Shown here piece by piece: positions 39,149-50,908 of a DNA stretch of 64,000 bases. The position numbers and the translations under genes are program-made. Each line of letters opens with the position of its first letter. Position 1 is the stretch's first letter. The stretch comes from Oikopleura dioica (lineage: Eukaryota > Animalia > Chordata), in the NCBI GenBank assembly GCA_907165135.1, contig OU015567.1, positions 6,448,001-6,512,000 on the forward strand, given 5' to 3'. A model generated the notes under the pieces. That model did no database searches. It was not told the DNA's origin and saw only the letters and a list, made by a program, of their open reading frames with translations.

Positions 39149-39333
39149 TTCAACACTTTTATATCCACTGCCTTTATTCAATCTTCAATCTATTATTACT
39201 TTCAACAATGTTTCAATTGAATTTTACTATTTAATATATTTTACACTTTTTGAACCTTTTTTCGTCATTCTTGCATTTCAGAAGGGAAATATTCTAGTTG
39301 CTTGAGAGGTTGAAGTTCGTAATACCGATTGTC

Positions 39334-40237
39334 ATGACTTTATTTGGCGGCGATCCTCTTTTGTTCGGGTTTCAGGAATTCACAGGTGGTTCTCTTCCTT
39401 GATTTCAAAGTCGAATTTTGATTGTTTCAGACAAAAGGAGAGACAATGTGCCAGCGTTTTTATGCTCAATGTGGTTTTGCGCTTCGATGTGTTGCGCCCT
39501 CATGTGGAGACACGCTCTCCGCGACGTCTTAAAATATCGGCTGGCAAAGGCAGATGTTCTCCAGCCACGGTTGTACTGGTTTTGCTACTTCTGGGCGCTT
39601 GAATCTGCTTTTGGCTTGTTAGCCTGTCGGAGGTGAAGAGTTCTGTTGTATTTCAAAGACTGTAATGTCCCTGTAGTGTAAATTACACGGCGGAAGAACT
39701 GAGAGGTGAAACAACCTCAGCAGTGGCGAAAATGGTCGTGATTCTGACGGCGCTAACTCGTGAATTCTTCGCAAATGCAGCTCTTTTGACAATTATTCTT
39801 CCCTGGGACTACAATGTTTCTCCGAAGTGGATCTTCATCACTTCTTGCCTCGGATCAGGCTTGCTTGGACGAAGCTTTTCATTCACAATTTTCTGTGGCT
39901 TCTGTTTGACGTTGTATCAAATCGTTAACAACACCAAAGCATATCAAGGTCAAGAAGCTGTGAGCAAAATGTTCAAGTAAGCAATATTCAACCGAACCTT
40001 CGTCTTAATTTTGCTAAAAGAGCATTTACGATATCAGCAGTTTTATACGGCCTTATCTTCCTGACTGGAAACTCAGTACTAGCTGTCTGGTTCAATTTGG
40101 TGTGCTGGTGCACTTTGAAAGTCTTAGTCAACTCATTTTGGCAGCTGGACTCGTACTACTGGGATCAGCATCAATCCAATGACCACAAACTTCAACGCCT
40201 TCTCATTTCAAAATTTTCTTCAAAAAAGACCGATTGA
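39334..40237 (+). CDS. Uncharacterised multi-pass membrane protein
   Basis: Four GT-AG-joined exons give one ORF with several hydrophobic segments (e.g. AFLCSMWFCASMCCALMW, AFTISAVLYGLIFLTGNSVLAVWFNLVCWC). Family not recognised. Confidence 0.7.
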
Positions 40238-40298
40238 AACTTACACTTTTCGAAAAAAAAACTATCACTGTCTTCAATTTACGAACTTATCGCATGTC

Positions 40299-41605
40299 TA
40301 GGGTTCGCGCCCAAAAATCAAGTGCCCGAAATACTTATTCTATCTGTCTAACTTTCAGATATGTTTTAGATAAGGGCATAAAAAGAATATATTCTTTTGA
40401 AAATTTTCTAAATATAAAAGGGTTGAAGAGAAAATGAGGTCCAAAAATGGCGAAAAATGGGTTGAGCATGTTAGTCAACCCAAAATTAAAAATTTCAAAA
40501 AGCAGGATGATCAGCAGACTTTTCTGATCAAAAATTGAAGAAAAAATTTTGGGAAGCATCTATAGTTTCCCTAAAATTTACAAAAAACTACCTTTTTTGG
40601 CAATATTTTTCTGTTACGTAATCATGTGCGCGCACGCGGAATCGCGCATGATAGAGGGTGGCCACACAAAATTCTATCCGATTCCGCCAAAATATTTTCA
40701 CCCTTCGATTTAATCAAAATAAATAAAAGATAAATTACTTTATTAAAATAGATAAACCGTATATAATTGAAAAATTCCTAAAATCAATATAAAATGATAG
40801 ATGATAAAAACCCGAAGGGCCGTCAAGCCCATTTAAATTTAAAAGCCAGGGAAGGGGCTGAGACGGCCCGAAGGGCCGTCAAGCCCATTTAAATTTAAAA
40901 GCCAGGGAAGGGGCTGAGACGGCCCGAAGGGCCGTCAAGCCCATTTAAATTTAAAAGCCAGGGAAGGGGCTGAGACGGCCCGAAGGGCCGTCAAGCCCAT
41001 TTAAATTTAAAAGCCAGGGAAGGGGCTGAGACGGCCCGAAGGGCCGTCAAGCCCATTTAAATTTAAAAGCCAGGGAAGGGCTATCCCATTTTTTTTAAAA
41101 AGAAGACTAGAGAATTTTTTTTCATTCAAAATAAAATTTTAGTTTTATTTTTATCAGAAATTTTATTTAAATCTATTACTTTTTTCAATATTTATTTTTA
41201 CGAATCTTTCTTCGAAAAGAAAGAATTTCTTTGTTGTTTCGGTGGTGTCCACCCTAGCCGCGCCCTGAGGGCGAACGCGGCGCTGTGCGCTGCGCAACGC
41301 GCAAAATAGGTCCAAAAATGTCTTTCAATTGTAAATTACAGTATGTTAGTCATCTGTTTCCCATAATTTTACGACGGATTTCTGTTGTTCTTTGTCGAAA
41401 TTATATATATTTCAAAAAAATTTCTGGGAAGCATTTGACTAACATGGTTTTTCAACATTAATTTGCCTATATCTCTTCAACCCTTTAATTGTTTTTTCTC
41501 AAAAATATGTTTTTTTATTTTATAAACAGATCTATTTCACCTGTAGAAATTTGGGAATAATACGATTTGTCTATCAAAAGATAGTTTTTTTGGGCGCGAA
41601 CCCTA
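40299..41605. mobile_element. Non-autonomous hAT-type DNA transposon, 1307 bp
   Basis: Perfect 19-bp TIR TAGGGTTCGCGCCCAAAAA. Perfect 8-bp TSD CGCATGTC at 40291-40298 and 41606-41613. Patchy subterminal inverted and direct repeats (AAAGGGTTGAAGAGA, ATGTTAGTCA). No transposase ORF. Confidence 0.9.
40811..41082. repeat. Tandem array of identical 56-bp units (about 4.8 copies) with hairpins at unit junctions
   Basis: Unit CCCGAAGGGCCGTCAAGCCCATTTAAATTTAAAAGCCAGGGAAGGGGCTGAGACGG starts at 40811, 40867, 40923, 40979 and 41035. Confidence 0.97.
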
Positions 41606-41877
41606 CGCATGTCCAAAAAGAGATGAGAGGGTCTTTCCTTCATTTCAATTCAATTGTACTTCTACCTTTTTTTCTTTTTCCTGTTGAATCTTCTAAGAAT
41701 AACAATATTGAATAAAGATGTTTATAAAACAAAATTATGCGTGAGTCACCCTTTCAGTCTTGCCCTTTTTGTTCTGATTTCGATCTCCGGCTTGTGAGGG
41801 CCGCTTTCAAGGGTTTTTGAATTTTCAATTTTGACCAAGAGAGAAACTTGTTGTTTCAGAAAGGGCTTTTCGGAAAC

Positions 41878-42487
41878 ATGGGATTGATTTACGGAGCAGC
41901 TTGGCATAGTATGGCGCTTTTTATCCCAGCTTCGATTACGATGAAAATTGCTCAAAGGTGAGAAAGTTCCCTTCCCTCCGTTCTTACCACTTTTCTAAGA
42001 AATGAAGAAGAAGAGCGATTTTCAGAAGCAAAAGATTTTTGGCTGAAATATTGGGTCGTCTTCGCGCATTACTACTTGATAGAGTACTTTGCCGATTGCT
42101 TCGTTTCTTGGGTCCCTTTTTATTCAGAGGTATTCGTCTAAAAATAGGACTGCCCTAAACTTATCCAAGTTAAAATTTCTGATTCTGGTCATGGCCTGCC
42201 CAATTACTCCCTTCGGCGCTCTGAAAGCTCTTGGTGGAGTGCCCCTCGATTCGCTTGAACTCAACAAGTCGCCAGTGGAAGCCATCTTCGACATAATTGT
42301 CTTCACCAAAACCTCGTCAAGTGATGGTGCTGCTAGACTCGGAATAAATCGCGACGCTCTTCGAGAAACTACCACCGTGCTGATTGAAAAAGCCGGTGCG
42401 ACGCTGCAGCTAGCCGGATCAGCTTTGCAGCTTCTTATGAACCTCGCTCAGAGCTCCCAGCGAGCTCAAGAAATTGAAGGTTCGTAG
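41878..42487 (+). CDS. REEP/DP1/HVA22 family ER-shaping protein (divergent)
   Basis: MGLIYGAAWHSMALFIPASITMKIAQR|...WLKYWVVFAHYYLIEYFADCFVSWVPFYSE|LKFLILV matches the TB2/DP1 pattern YWxVF...E.F.D...W.PFY. Confidence 0.75.
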
Positions 42488-42925
42488 TGAGGAACTCTCG
42501 AATATTTCTGTAATAATAAAAAAGAAAAGGGATACTTCTTTACTTATTCGAACGAATTCATTGAATTCTCAAGCAGGGGCTAAAATAAGTTCAGATGCTC
42601 CAACTTCCCGGCGAAAGAAAAAGTAAAGGTGCTTGAGGAAGTCTGAAATCGTCCAGTTCTGTTCTTCGTTGCTTTTTACTGCCATCTTTTATGTTTCTCT
42701 TTTTTTTTCTTGAAATCACTGCAGGTCCTAGAAATACCCTTCAATTCATTCAAATCTCCAAAGTAATTTTTTTATTTCTGTTAACTCTAGCTTTATGTAT
42801 CTTTATTTTCTTTATTGAACACATTTCTCGCAAGACTTTTAAAAATCTCATATCAGTTCAAAAATTCAGTATAATTCAATTCTTCAAATAGAGCAATTTT
42901 AAATTTTCATCTTCAAAGGCGCGAA

Positions 42926-45900
42926 ATGGATGATTCTGATGAATTCGATGACTTTGCGCCAACGATTCAAACTATCCGAATAAGCGAAAGTAGAATTAGC
43001 ATAAACAGTAATGAGAGGAGAAGACAGCCTCGACCTCTGATTTCACACGGTCATCGGACTCCTCATGGACAGAGGTAACTGTATATCAGCTCGTATTTTA
43101 TATAAATTGGACATAAGGTCGAGCAATCTCTCTCATGGAAGCTCGGTAAGCAAAAGCTCGAGCATAAGCTCCCGTTCCGCGCGAACACGATCTTCGAATG
43201 TGAGTAGAAGTGGCTTCGAAAACTATTCCAGCGGCAACACTGGCAGCCGGAACACTGGCAGTGGCGGAATGAATGATTTCGATGAGAATAATCTGCTGCT
43301 TGATGAAAATCAGGGTGGCTCGAGTAATCTCAGCAATCAAAACTCGAGCATGTATCACAACTACAGCAAGTTCGGATCGGATGCGAATTCAAGAGCCACA
43401 GCCTTCCAGGAATCAAAAGTTCAAGCTGCTCTTCGCCATGGAAATGAGAGGCTGGCAAAGGCGGCTGACAGTACAGAGATCTACAAAAAGTACTATGATG
43501 TCAGAAGAGGCGCTGGAGGCGTCGCGACTGGAGAGCTCAAGATTCCGGATAATGTTGGATATGACAACAGCGGAAGACATCTTCCGATCATGGAGAGCGC
43601 TCAAGAGATCATTTCGAGCTTCGATCGGCAGCAGGTGACCCTGATCTCGGGCGAGACTGGAAGTGGGAAGAGTACTATCGTCCCGCAGTTGATCATGGAT
43701 CACATGGTCAGGAATAACCAAGGCGGGTGCATTTGGGTGACACAGCCGAGAAGAATCGCAGCGATAACCATCGCAGAGAGAGTTGCGGACAGTAGAGCGC
43801 CTCTATGGAAACATTGTGGACAGGGACTCGTTGGATATCATGTTGGACTGGACAAGAACTGTTCCCAAGATGCGAGGATCATTTACATGACTCCCGGAAT
43901 CGTGTCGAATAAAATGCAATCAGATAGAGAACTGAGATCTGTCCGATGCCTCATCATCGACGAAGTCCACGAGCGAGATGTCGAGACAGAAATGCTCCTT
44001 CTTCTGGCGAAGCATCTGATCAGCGTCAACAAAGACATCCGGCTTTTTCTCATGTCCGCTACAATGACGCCTGAAAAATTTAAGAATTATCTGACAGTAA
44101 GACAAGTCATTCCAGCTGTCATAAGTGCGAGAGGACGTCCTTATGCCGTCACAAATGAGTACGTTGCTGATATTCAGCGACGATTTCCGAACAAAAGCGG
44201 ACACGAAGTGCGATTTAAAGCGCAACTTGAGCAGACAGAAATCGGCCCTGCGCAGCGAACCCTTTGCATGGATATTTTGAGAGGACTGAACGATTTTGAA
44301 TATCAAACAGGAGCCGAGGCTCCTGGAGCTGTATTAATCTTCTTGCCAGGCTTATACGAAATAAACCAAATGAGGAGGTTAATTCTAAATTGTTCGATGC
44401 AGCGAAATGGCCAGGAAGAACTTGATGTCGTTGTCGAAAGATTGCATTCAAGTCTGCCAAGAGACCGAAACACAATGAAGAAGATCATCGATCCTCTGCG
44501 TCCGTTGCCGGGTCGTTGGCGGCGGAAAATCGTTCTGAGTACGAACATGGGGGAATCTTCAATTACTATCTCCGATTGCGCTTACGTGATCGACTTTTGC
44601 CTAACAAAATACACAACAAAGCATGATACAGCAAAACTGACCCGACTGGAACAGCGATGGGCTTCGCAAGAAATGTGTGAGCAGCGAAGTGGACGAGCAG
44701 GAAGAACGAGGGAAGGAATGTGTTGGCGAATAATTGACAAGAGCTTTTGGGAGCTCGGCATTCCGAAGACGCAGACAGAAGAGATTCTTCGAGTTCCATT
44801 GGATAACTGCGTTTTGCTTGGAAAATCTGTTTTCCCATCTGTCAAGCCTGTTGATTTCTTGAAAGAAGCTTTGGCAAGACCTGATGATAAAGAAGTTCTT
44901 GAAGCAGTCAAATCGTTGAAAGAAATTGGCGCATTGACGATGACGGCTTATGAAAGACCTGATGTTGATGAGAAAGGCAATCCTTTGCCGATGGTAATCA
45001 CGAGAGAAGATCTTGAGGATGGAATACTTACGCCTTATGGGAAGTTGATGAATCTCTTGCCTATGGATCGAAATTGTGTAAAATTGATTCAACTAGGCTA
45101 CATGGTCGGTTTGACTTACGAATGCATCATCATCGCAGCTTGTTCAAGTGTCGAAGCATTCTGGAACTATAACAAGGACGTCAGCGAAGACGATCGAGAT
45201 CAAGCCGAACACATTAATGCTTACAAATCACGACTCTACTGGGCAAGCGGAACTTATTCCGATCACATAGCGATGATGAACGCGTTTCTCTCCTGGTTTC
45301 AAAAGATGCCAGAAAATTACAGAAGAGATTATAGAAAGAAGGAGCATAAATTTCCCAAATTCATTACAAATCCCCACCATCCCTCAGGAATAATCGTTGA
45401 TCAAAGAAAAGAGCTGGAATGGACGCAAAGAATGGGCATCAATGCTAAAGCGGTGCGGGAAGTGCATATGCTCTGTGAGGACATTATCAAACGACTACTT
45501 TCAGCAGGATATCATCTTGGAGATGGGGTAGGTTTAAAAATTGTTGCTTGTAAAAAAATTCCTTCAGAACACTTTTCTCGATCGATTGAGTACTACAAGA
45601 AAGAAGGCTAGATCTCATCCAGATTCGTACATCTGCTTGTTGAAAACGATCATTGCTGGCTCTACTTATCCGTTCTGGTTCAACGTGAGTCAAAAAATAA
45701 CGCCGACAATAATGATCGTTCATTTCAGCTTGCAGATGTGGAGGAATCAGAAGCCACGAAGGATTCCAACGCCTTCAATGGTACTACAACTGTCTATTTC
45801 AAAGGCGCTCCACCACATGAAAACTATAAAGTCGGGAAAAGCATCTTGCATCGCTTCCGCCATTGCGGTCCGATTTCTCGTATCTACTTTGACGATACTC

Positions 45901-47968
45901 GAATATTCGTCGAATTTTCTCCGGAACTCGACACGCCAAGCATATTTCCGTCGAAAAATTCGTTGAATAAATATGTTGAGCACAAAGGCTCTAATGAGTT
46001 TAACAATGTTACGCCAGCTGTTATATGCGCGATGAAAATGGGCAGGAGAAGAGGGGATACCTCATCGTTCCTGAATGTAAACATGAACGAAGACTTGCAG
46101 CCGGCTGTTCAAACGAATCAAGATTCCTTCCAGGGCTCGAGATTTTTCTGGCTAGACGTTCTGAAATTCGGCAATAAGCGGGCCACGCCAAGCATCAAGG
46201 AACACAATAGATTATACTTCGCCACCATTTCCTACGTTGAGAGTTTCACTGAATTCTACGCTGTCGAGCAATCTTTTGAAAAAACCCGAGATACACTCGA
46301 AACTGCCATTAGAAAGCTTGACGAAAGAGGCAAGCTGATGCCATTTACTTTTCCTGTGGAAAGGTTGGCAATGGTTCTAGCACCCTTTGGAGATGGAGAA
46401 TATCGAACTTATCATCGAGCAGTTGTTCTGGCGACCGATATAGACGAAGGAAATGGTATTCAAAAAGTGCTTGTCCAGTTTGTCGACTATGGAAACATTC
46501 ATTTATTGAGCAACAACGATCTTCGAATGCTGGACGAAAAAATTCACTACAAAGACAGAAATACCGGTCAACAATTGAATATCGCCCACCAAGTATGGCT
46601 GGCGATCAAGTATAAAATTCGTGGACTTCAACCTATCAAAGACATGCCCGAGCGATATGTAAGCGGTCTTGTTGAAGGTGCACATTGCGAGATTGAAATT
46701 TACTCAACTGTGCGTGGCGAGTACGTACTTGCTGATGTGAAAGTTATGGGCGAGAATCTTCGTGAAAAGTTCATAAAAGAAGGTTTCTGCCAACCAAAAG
46801 AGGAAAACGCTGCAGATGTAATCAATGCACTAAATTGGCGAAATGCGGCTGCTGCGAAGAAATCAGCGAAAACACCGCAGCAACAAGGAGGACAGACGAG
46901 AACTTCTGACTCAGGATTGCCGAGATCTCCAGGAGGAACTGTTCCTTCTGAATCCAATAGCTCACCGGAGGCGACTCAGGGAAAAACTTGGATAGAAGTT
47001 AAAGATGTGTCAGACCCGAATCAAGACGAAAGAGGGCGTCCAAGGAGAGAAAAGAAACTTCAGGGGCCATACAACATGTACTCTACGAGGATTCAGCCTC
47101 TTTTCCAGGTATTTTAGCACACTTAATAGCTGCACATTAATAACTGTCATTTCAGACAACATGTTCTTCTGATGTTCAAGCAAATTCGATCAACAGCGTG
47201 ATCATCAATCCCCATCCAGAATCAAACGATCGAACACTGATTTGCGGCCAGGATGTGTCCCTCGTTTCTGGGGAGAATATGCAGGCATCGTTTACGACAA
47301 TGATGCCAAATATCAACGGCATCATTGAACTTTGCGGATTACTCTTTGCGCCTTCATACCAAGTTCGCCACGTAAAAGATGAAACAGAGAGAATTCGGCG
47401 AAAGCGCGCGGAGGAAGGGTTTTCTGATTTGAGCAATATTGGCGCGTTGTTTGGATGCGGCGGGTACAAAGTCAAAGGAGCCAAAGGAAGAGACGAATTC
47501 GTAAGTTTATTAAAGCTGAATTTTTCCTGATTGTTTTTATTTTAGTTGCCAATTTTGAAGGACCACGACGTAGATCGTAAATTCTCGGTGGAAATTGACA
47601 ATCATGATCTCGATATAATTTCAGATATTCGTGAACAATTCAACCAGTTTCTCGGTAAACCGGTATCTTTTATCTTTGTTTCCATTCAATTTTAGGGAGT
47701 AATAACCAGTTCTGCGTTAGCCATAAAAGTCCAGCGCAAGTCGTCTCAGCTCAAAAGGAGATTTCTCGCATGATCATAGACCTTCTCTATCGCCCTAGAC
47801 AGAAACTGGAATCCAATCAACAAGTAACCACCTTGGCTTTTCTTCAAGTAATAATTGATCATTTAGTACATTACGAATCTTGAATGGAAGAAATCCAGCG
47901 ACTCTGCTCATTTTGTCCCCATATTCAAGAGAGACACAGCCTATGCAGTCCCTCGAATTCCAGAATAA
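42926..47968 (+). CDS. TDRD9: Tudor-domain DExH RNA helicase TDRD9/spindle-E (piRNA pathway)
   Basis: GETGSGKST, TQPRRIAA, DEVHER, LIFLPG, STNMGESSITI, QRSGRAGR; HA2 region; IIAGSTYP; RRM-like segment; Tudor YHRAVV...VQFVDYGN. Confidence 0.9.
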
Positions 47969-48224
47969 CCTGCCACTTGTTTCTTACAAGCCTTTCTCTT
48001 CAAAAAAAGACGGTAGATATTGTTTTTTTCTAACTGATAAACCCATTTCCAACTTTAGCTGCCACTTTCGAGATTTTCCATATTTCTTTCTATTCTTATT
48101 GAAAAAAACCACTTCATTACCTCTTTCACAGAATTCACTCAAACTTGACCTTCAAAATGATTGTAATTATGATAAATCAATTCATATACAATAAGATTAT
48201 CTTCACTAGCGGATTTTCAGTTAG

Positions 48225-48659
48225 ATGGGAAAAACAAAGGTCCATATCGAGTACTGCGGCTCGTGAGGGTACGAGCCTAGGGCTAACGAGCTCCGTCAGG
48301 CGATCCTTGCTCGGGCAAAGGATGTCGAGGTCACCATGGAGGTCGGAAGGCCCTCTTCCTTCGAAGTCAAGCTCAACGACGAGCTTCTCTTCTCCAAATA
48401 TGAAACGACAGGTGATAAGAAAGCCGTACTCGAGTTTCCAATTCGAAATTTTTCAGGTTTTCCAATCGTCGATGAAATTTTGGAACAAGTGGAGAAAGCA
48501 GTCAAGGGCGAAGAAGTCGCCAAAGTGACAACAAGTGCTCCTCCTGTCGATATGGGCAACTTCTTTATCATCTTGATTGCAATCGCCCTCTACTTGTACG
48601 GAAAACCACTCATTCAGGAACGATTGAAATTTCTAATTTCCTTTTTTGAAAGTTGTTGA
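48225..48659 (+). CDS. Selenoprotein, Rdx family (SelW2/MIEN1-like), CxxU motif, about 129 aa, with C-terminal hydrophobic tail
   Basis: MGKTKVHIEYCGS(TGA 48264-48266)GYEPRANELRQAI...SSFEVKLNDELLFSKYETT|GFPIVDEILEQV...KVTTSAPP. One 45-nt GT-AG intron at 48412-48456. ATG follows a TTTTCAG acceptor. SECIS-like element downstream. Confidence 0.88.
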
Positions 48660-48802
48660 TTCAAAATTTTCAATCGGCAAAAAAGCTCGTCCAGAGCCTT
48701 TTCTCCTAATTCTTTCCACCATTTCGAAAAGCCAGTATTTGTGAATTTGCCCCCACAAAGAATAAACTGTTGACGAAGCGAGAAAAACGCCGATTCAGGC
48801 CA

Positions 48803-48850
48803 ATGACGCGCCCAATTCAAAACCGCTCTCAAGGAAGATTGGGTGCCGAT
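48803..48850 (+). promoter_or_regulatory. SECIS element (3' UTR of the selenoprotein gene)
   Basis: ATGAC-GCGCCCAATT-C-AAAA-CCGCTCTCAAGG-AA-GATTGGGTGC-CGAT. It has the AUGA/GA quartet, a 10-bp helix II (two G-U pairs), apical AAAA and a possible CC/GG mini-stem. Helix I is weak. Confidence 0.8.
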
Positions 48851-49402
48851 AAACAAGATTTTTATCTTTGTTCCTGCAATTTCTGTTCTCCTTTTTCCCG
48901 TCTCAGACTGTCTTTTCGCAAGAGTGATTTTTAGTTCAACTTGATTTTTAGCATCATTCTTTTTTTCTTCATTCAAATTAATTAAAAAAAATAATAGATA
49001 GTTCATCAAGCTAATCGATTTTTTTTCATTCAGCAAAGTGCCAAAAAAGAGAGAAAGAGGACGTCATCTTCGCGTAAGGAAAGGGTTGACTCACGCATTT
49101 CACACATTCATTTTTTTTTTCATTTTGATTTTATTTTCAAAAAGAGCGTTTTTTAATCGATGGAAGTCGCGGATCGCTGGCGGCATCGATTCAATTCCAG
49201 GCCTCTCAGCTTCGATTCACGGGGTTAAGATTTCCCGCATTCATTTTGTGAACATCTGTTCGAAATTCATGCAGTTTTGACAAAAACAAAAGTGGCATGA
49301 AATTCCGCGCGATTTCACTCTTTTTCGCTTTAGGGAAAGTGCCTTTATATTTTCAAGCACTTTTCCTAGTTTTGTGCTTTTTTGAAGGAAATCAAGCTGA
49401 AA

Positions 49403-50908
49403 ATGTTGACCCTTTTGCTAGAGAACACAGAATACCGATCACCGCAATCGGCGCTTCTGGCCCGTCTGCATCCAGTTCTGCTGATGGAAAGCCCGACTTA
49501 TGCGCTCTTTCATGCGGTGGAAGAGGGAAATGTGGACAGGGTCAAAGCAGCCATGGAAAATGGCGGAAATGCCGACCCCGATGATGACAGAAATGCATTT
49601 CAAGGTTCGACAAGCCCATTTTTTGATTGATAAAAATTCTAGTGCGTCTTTCTGCGGCGAATATTGAAATGGAAATCCGCTACCATCACTTTGCTTTGAA
49701 CATTTCTGAGAGACAGAAAGACAAGTTCTTCAAAAGAATCGAGTACATGGCCCGAGTCGACAATGACCCAATTTGGATACAACGAATTGAGGCAATTTCA
49801 ACCATCGACGCCAGTGAAGAACAGCAAGAAGATCTCATCGATGGGATTTACATGGACCCCGTTTGTAAATACTTTATTGACGAACACCCCAAATTGGTCA
49901 ACAAAGACACGCTCATGTTGTTCAATACCTACGAGTACACCCTCCCGCTTCTCTTTTACACTGTCAAGGAATTTGACAAGAAGGACCTTTGGAACAGCGT
50001 ATTCAAAGCGACGAAATTGAAAGTTCTCAGCGACCTATTTTGCGATACATTCATCAATGTAAGTTGCCATCAATTGAGAATGCGAACCTTTCTCGATTGA
50101 GAATTTGTTTGTCGATAAATATTTTTTCCCATAGAAATGTATCAACGAGCAATCGCTAAAAATCCTCCCGCTGATGGTCGAAAATGGCATCAGCCTTCAT
50201 CAAAAATTCAAGATCCAGGTCGTCGAGCCAACTGATTGGAGGTACGCTAGAATTGTCTTTTTCCTTAAAAAAATCGGGTTCAGTCTTTACGACCAATTTA
50301 CACAGCGCGTCGTAAAAACGCTCAATCTTACTGGCTGTCGTATTTTTCCGTCGATGGCGATTATTCTCAAGAAAATGCTGGAACTTGGGCTGAGAGTAAA
50401 TGAGCCATTTGCTTCGTTCGAGATTTTTGATGAAGGCTGGCCGGCTGAGAACGTTCCCAAAACCCTCTTCAACTACTTGGTTATGCTCAGAATGCGCATA
50501 AGGTACGAAAAATGGAACTAGAACTTATCTTCATGCTTTCTACAGGCACAAGTCCGCTGAAATCTACAACGGCAGCCTGGAATTCTATCACATGAGAAAG
50601 CGAGGATGTTTCGAGCTCGAAAGCATCGAAAGCCTCATTGAAAAGATAGATGAACTACTCGCCGTTATTTTCAAATACCGTCCCGTAAGAGCCCTATTTC
50701 CAAGCCCTCCTTTCAACCCGATTTTCAGCTTCACTTTACGCTCCTCAACAATGAAATGCTATCAGAATGTCTAGCTAGTTTGAATCTTCAAGCCAAGAAG
50801 GAAAACGTCTGCAAGCTCCGAAGAATGGACCTTGTTTTAGAACTCGTTCAACGCAGCCAACCTATTCCTATTTCACCTGAACAGACCAGTGACACGAATA
50901 ATTCTTAA
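49403..50908 (+). CDS. Uncharacterised protein with an N-terminal ankyrin-like repeat
   Basis: ALFHAVEEGNVDRVKAAMENGGNAD is ankyrin-like. GT-AG introns link ORFs 49382.., 49627.., 50174.. and 50592... Confidence 0.55.

Larger units (their letters stand above)
37535..48659 (+). other. Probable operon B (TTC5-membrane protein-[hAT MITE]-REEP-TDRD9-selenoprotein)
   Basis: Co-oriented genes with gaps of about 185, 325 (after removing the MITE and one TSD), 440 and 256 nt. AG acceptors lie shortly before the ATGs. Confidence 0.55.

Noticed and set aside
40855-40885. Hammerhead ribozyme (CTGAGA-CGGCCC-GAA-GGGCCG resembles CUGAUGA plus helix II)
   Set aside because: N7 is missing and the essential GAAA after helix II is TCAA, so the catalytic core is incomplete.
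40811-41082. CRISPR-like array
   Set aside because: The units are fully identical with no variable spacers, there are no cas genes, and the context is eukaryotic.
41081-41095. Spliced-leader RNA gene (ATCCCATTTTT similarity; also near 58008)
   Set aside because: The match is about 10 nt with no following GT donor or Sm site.
40652-41256. Second element nested inside the hAT MITE (ends TAGAGGGTGGCCAC / TAGGGTGGACAC)
   Set aside because: Only about 10 bp of imperfect inverted match and no TSD; not enough support.
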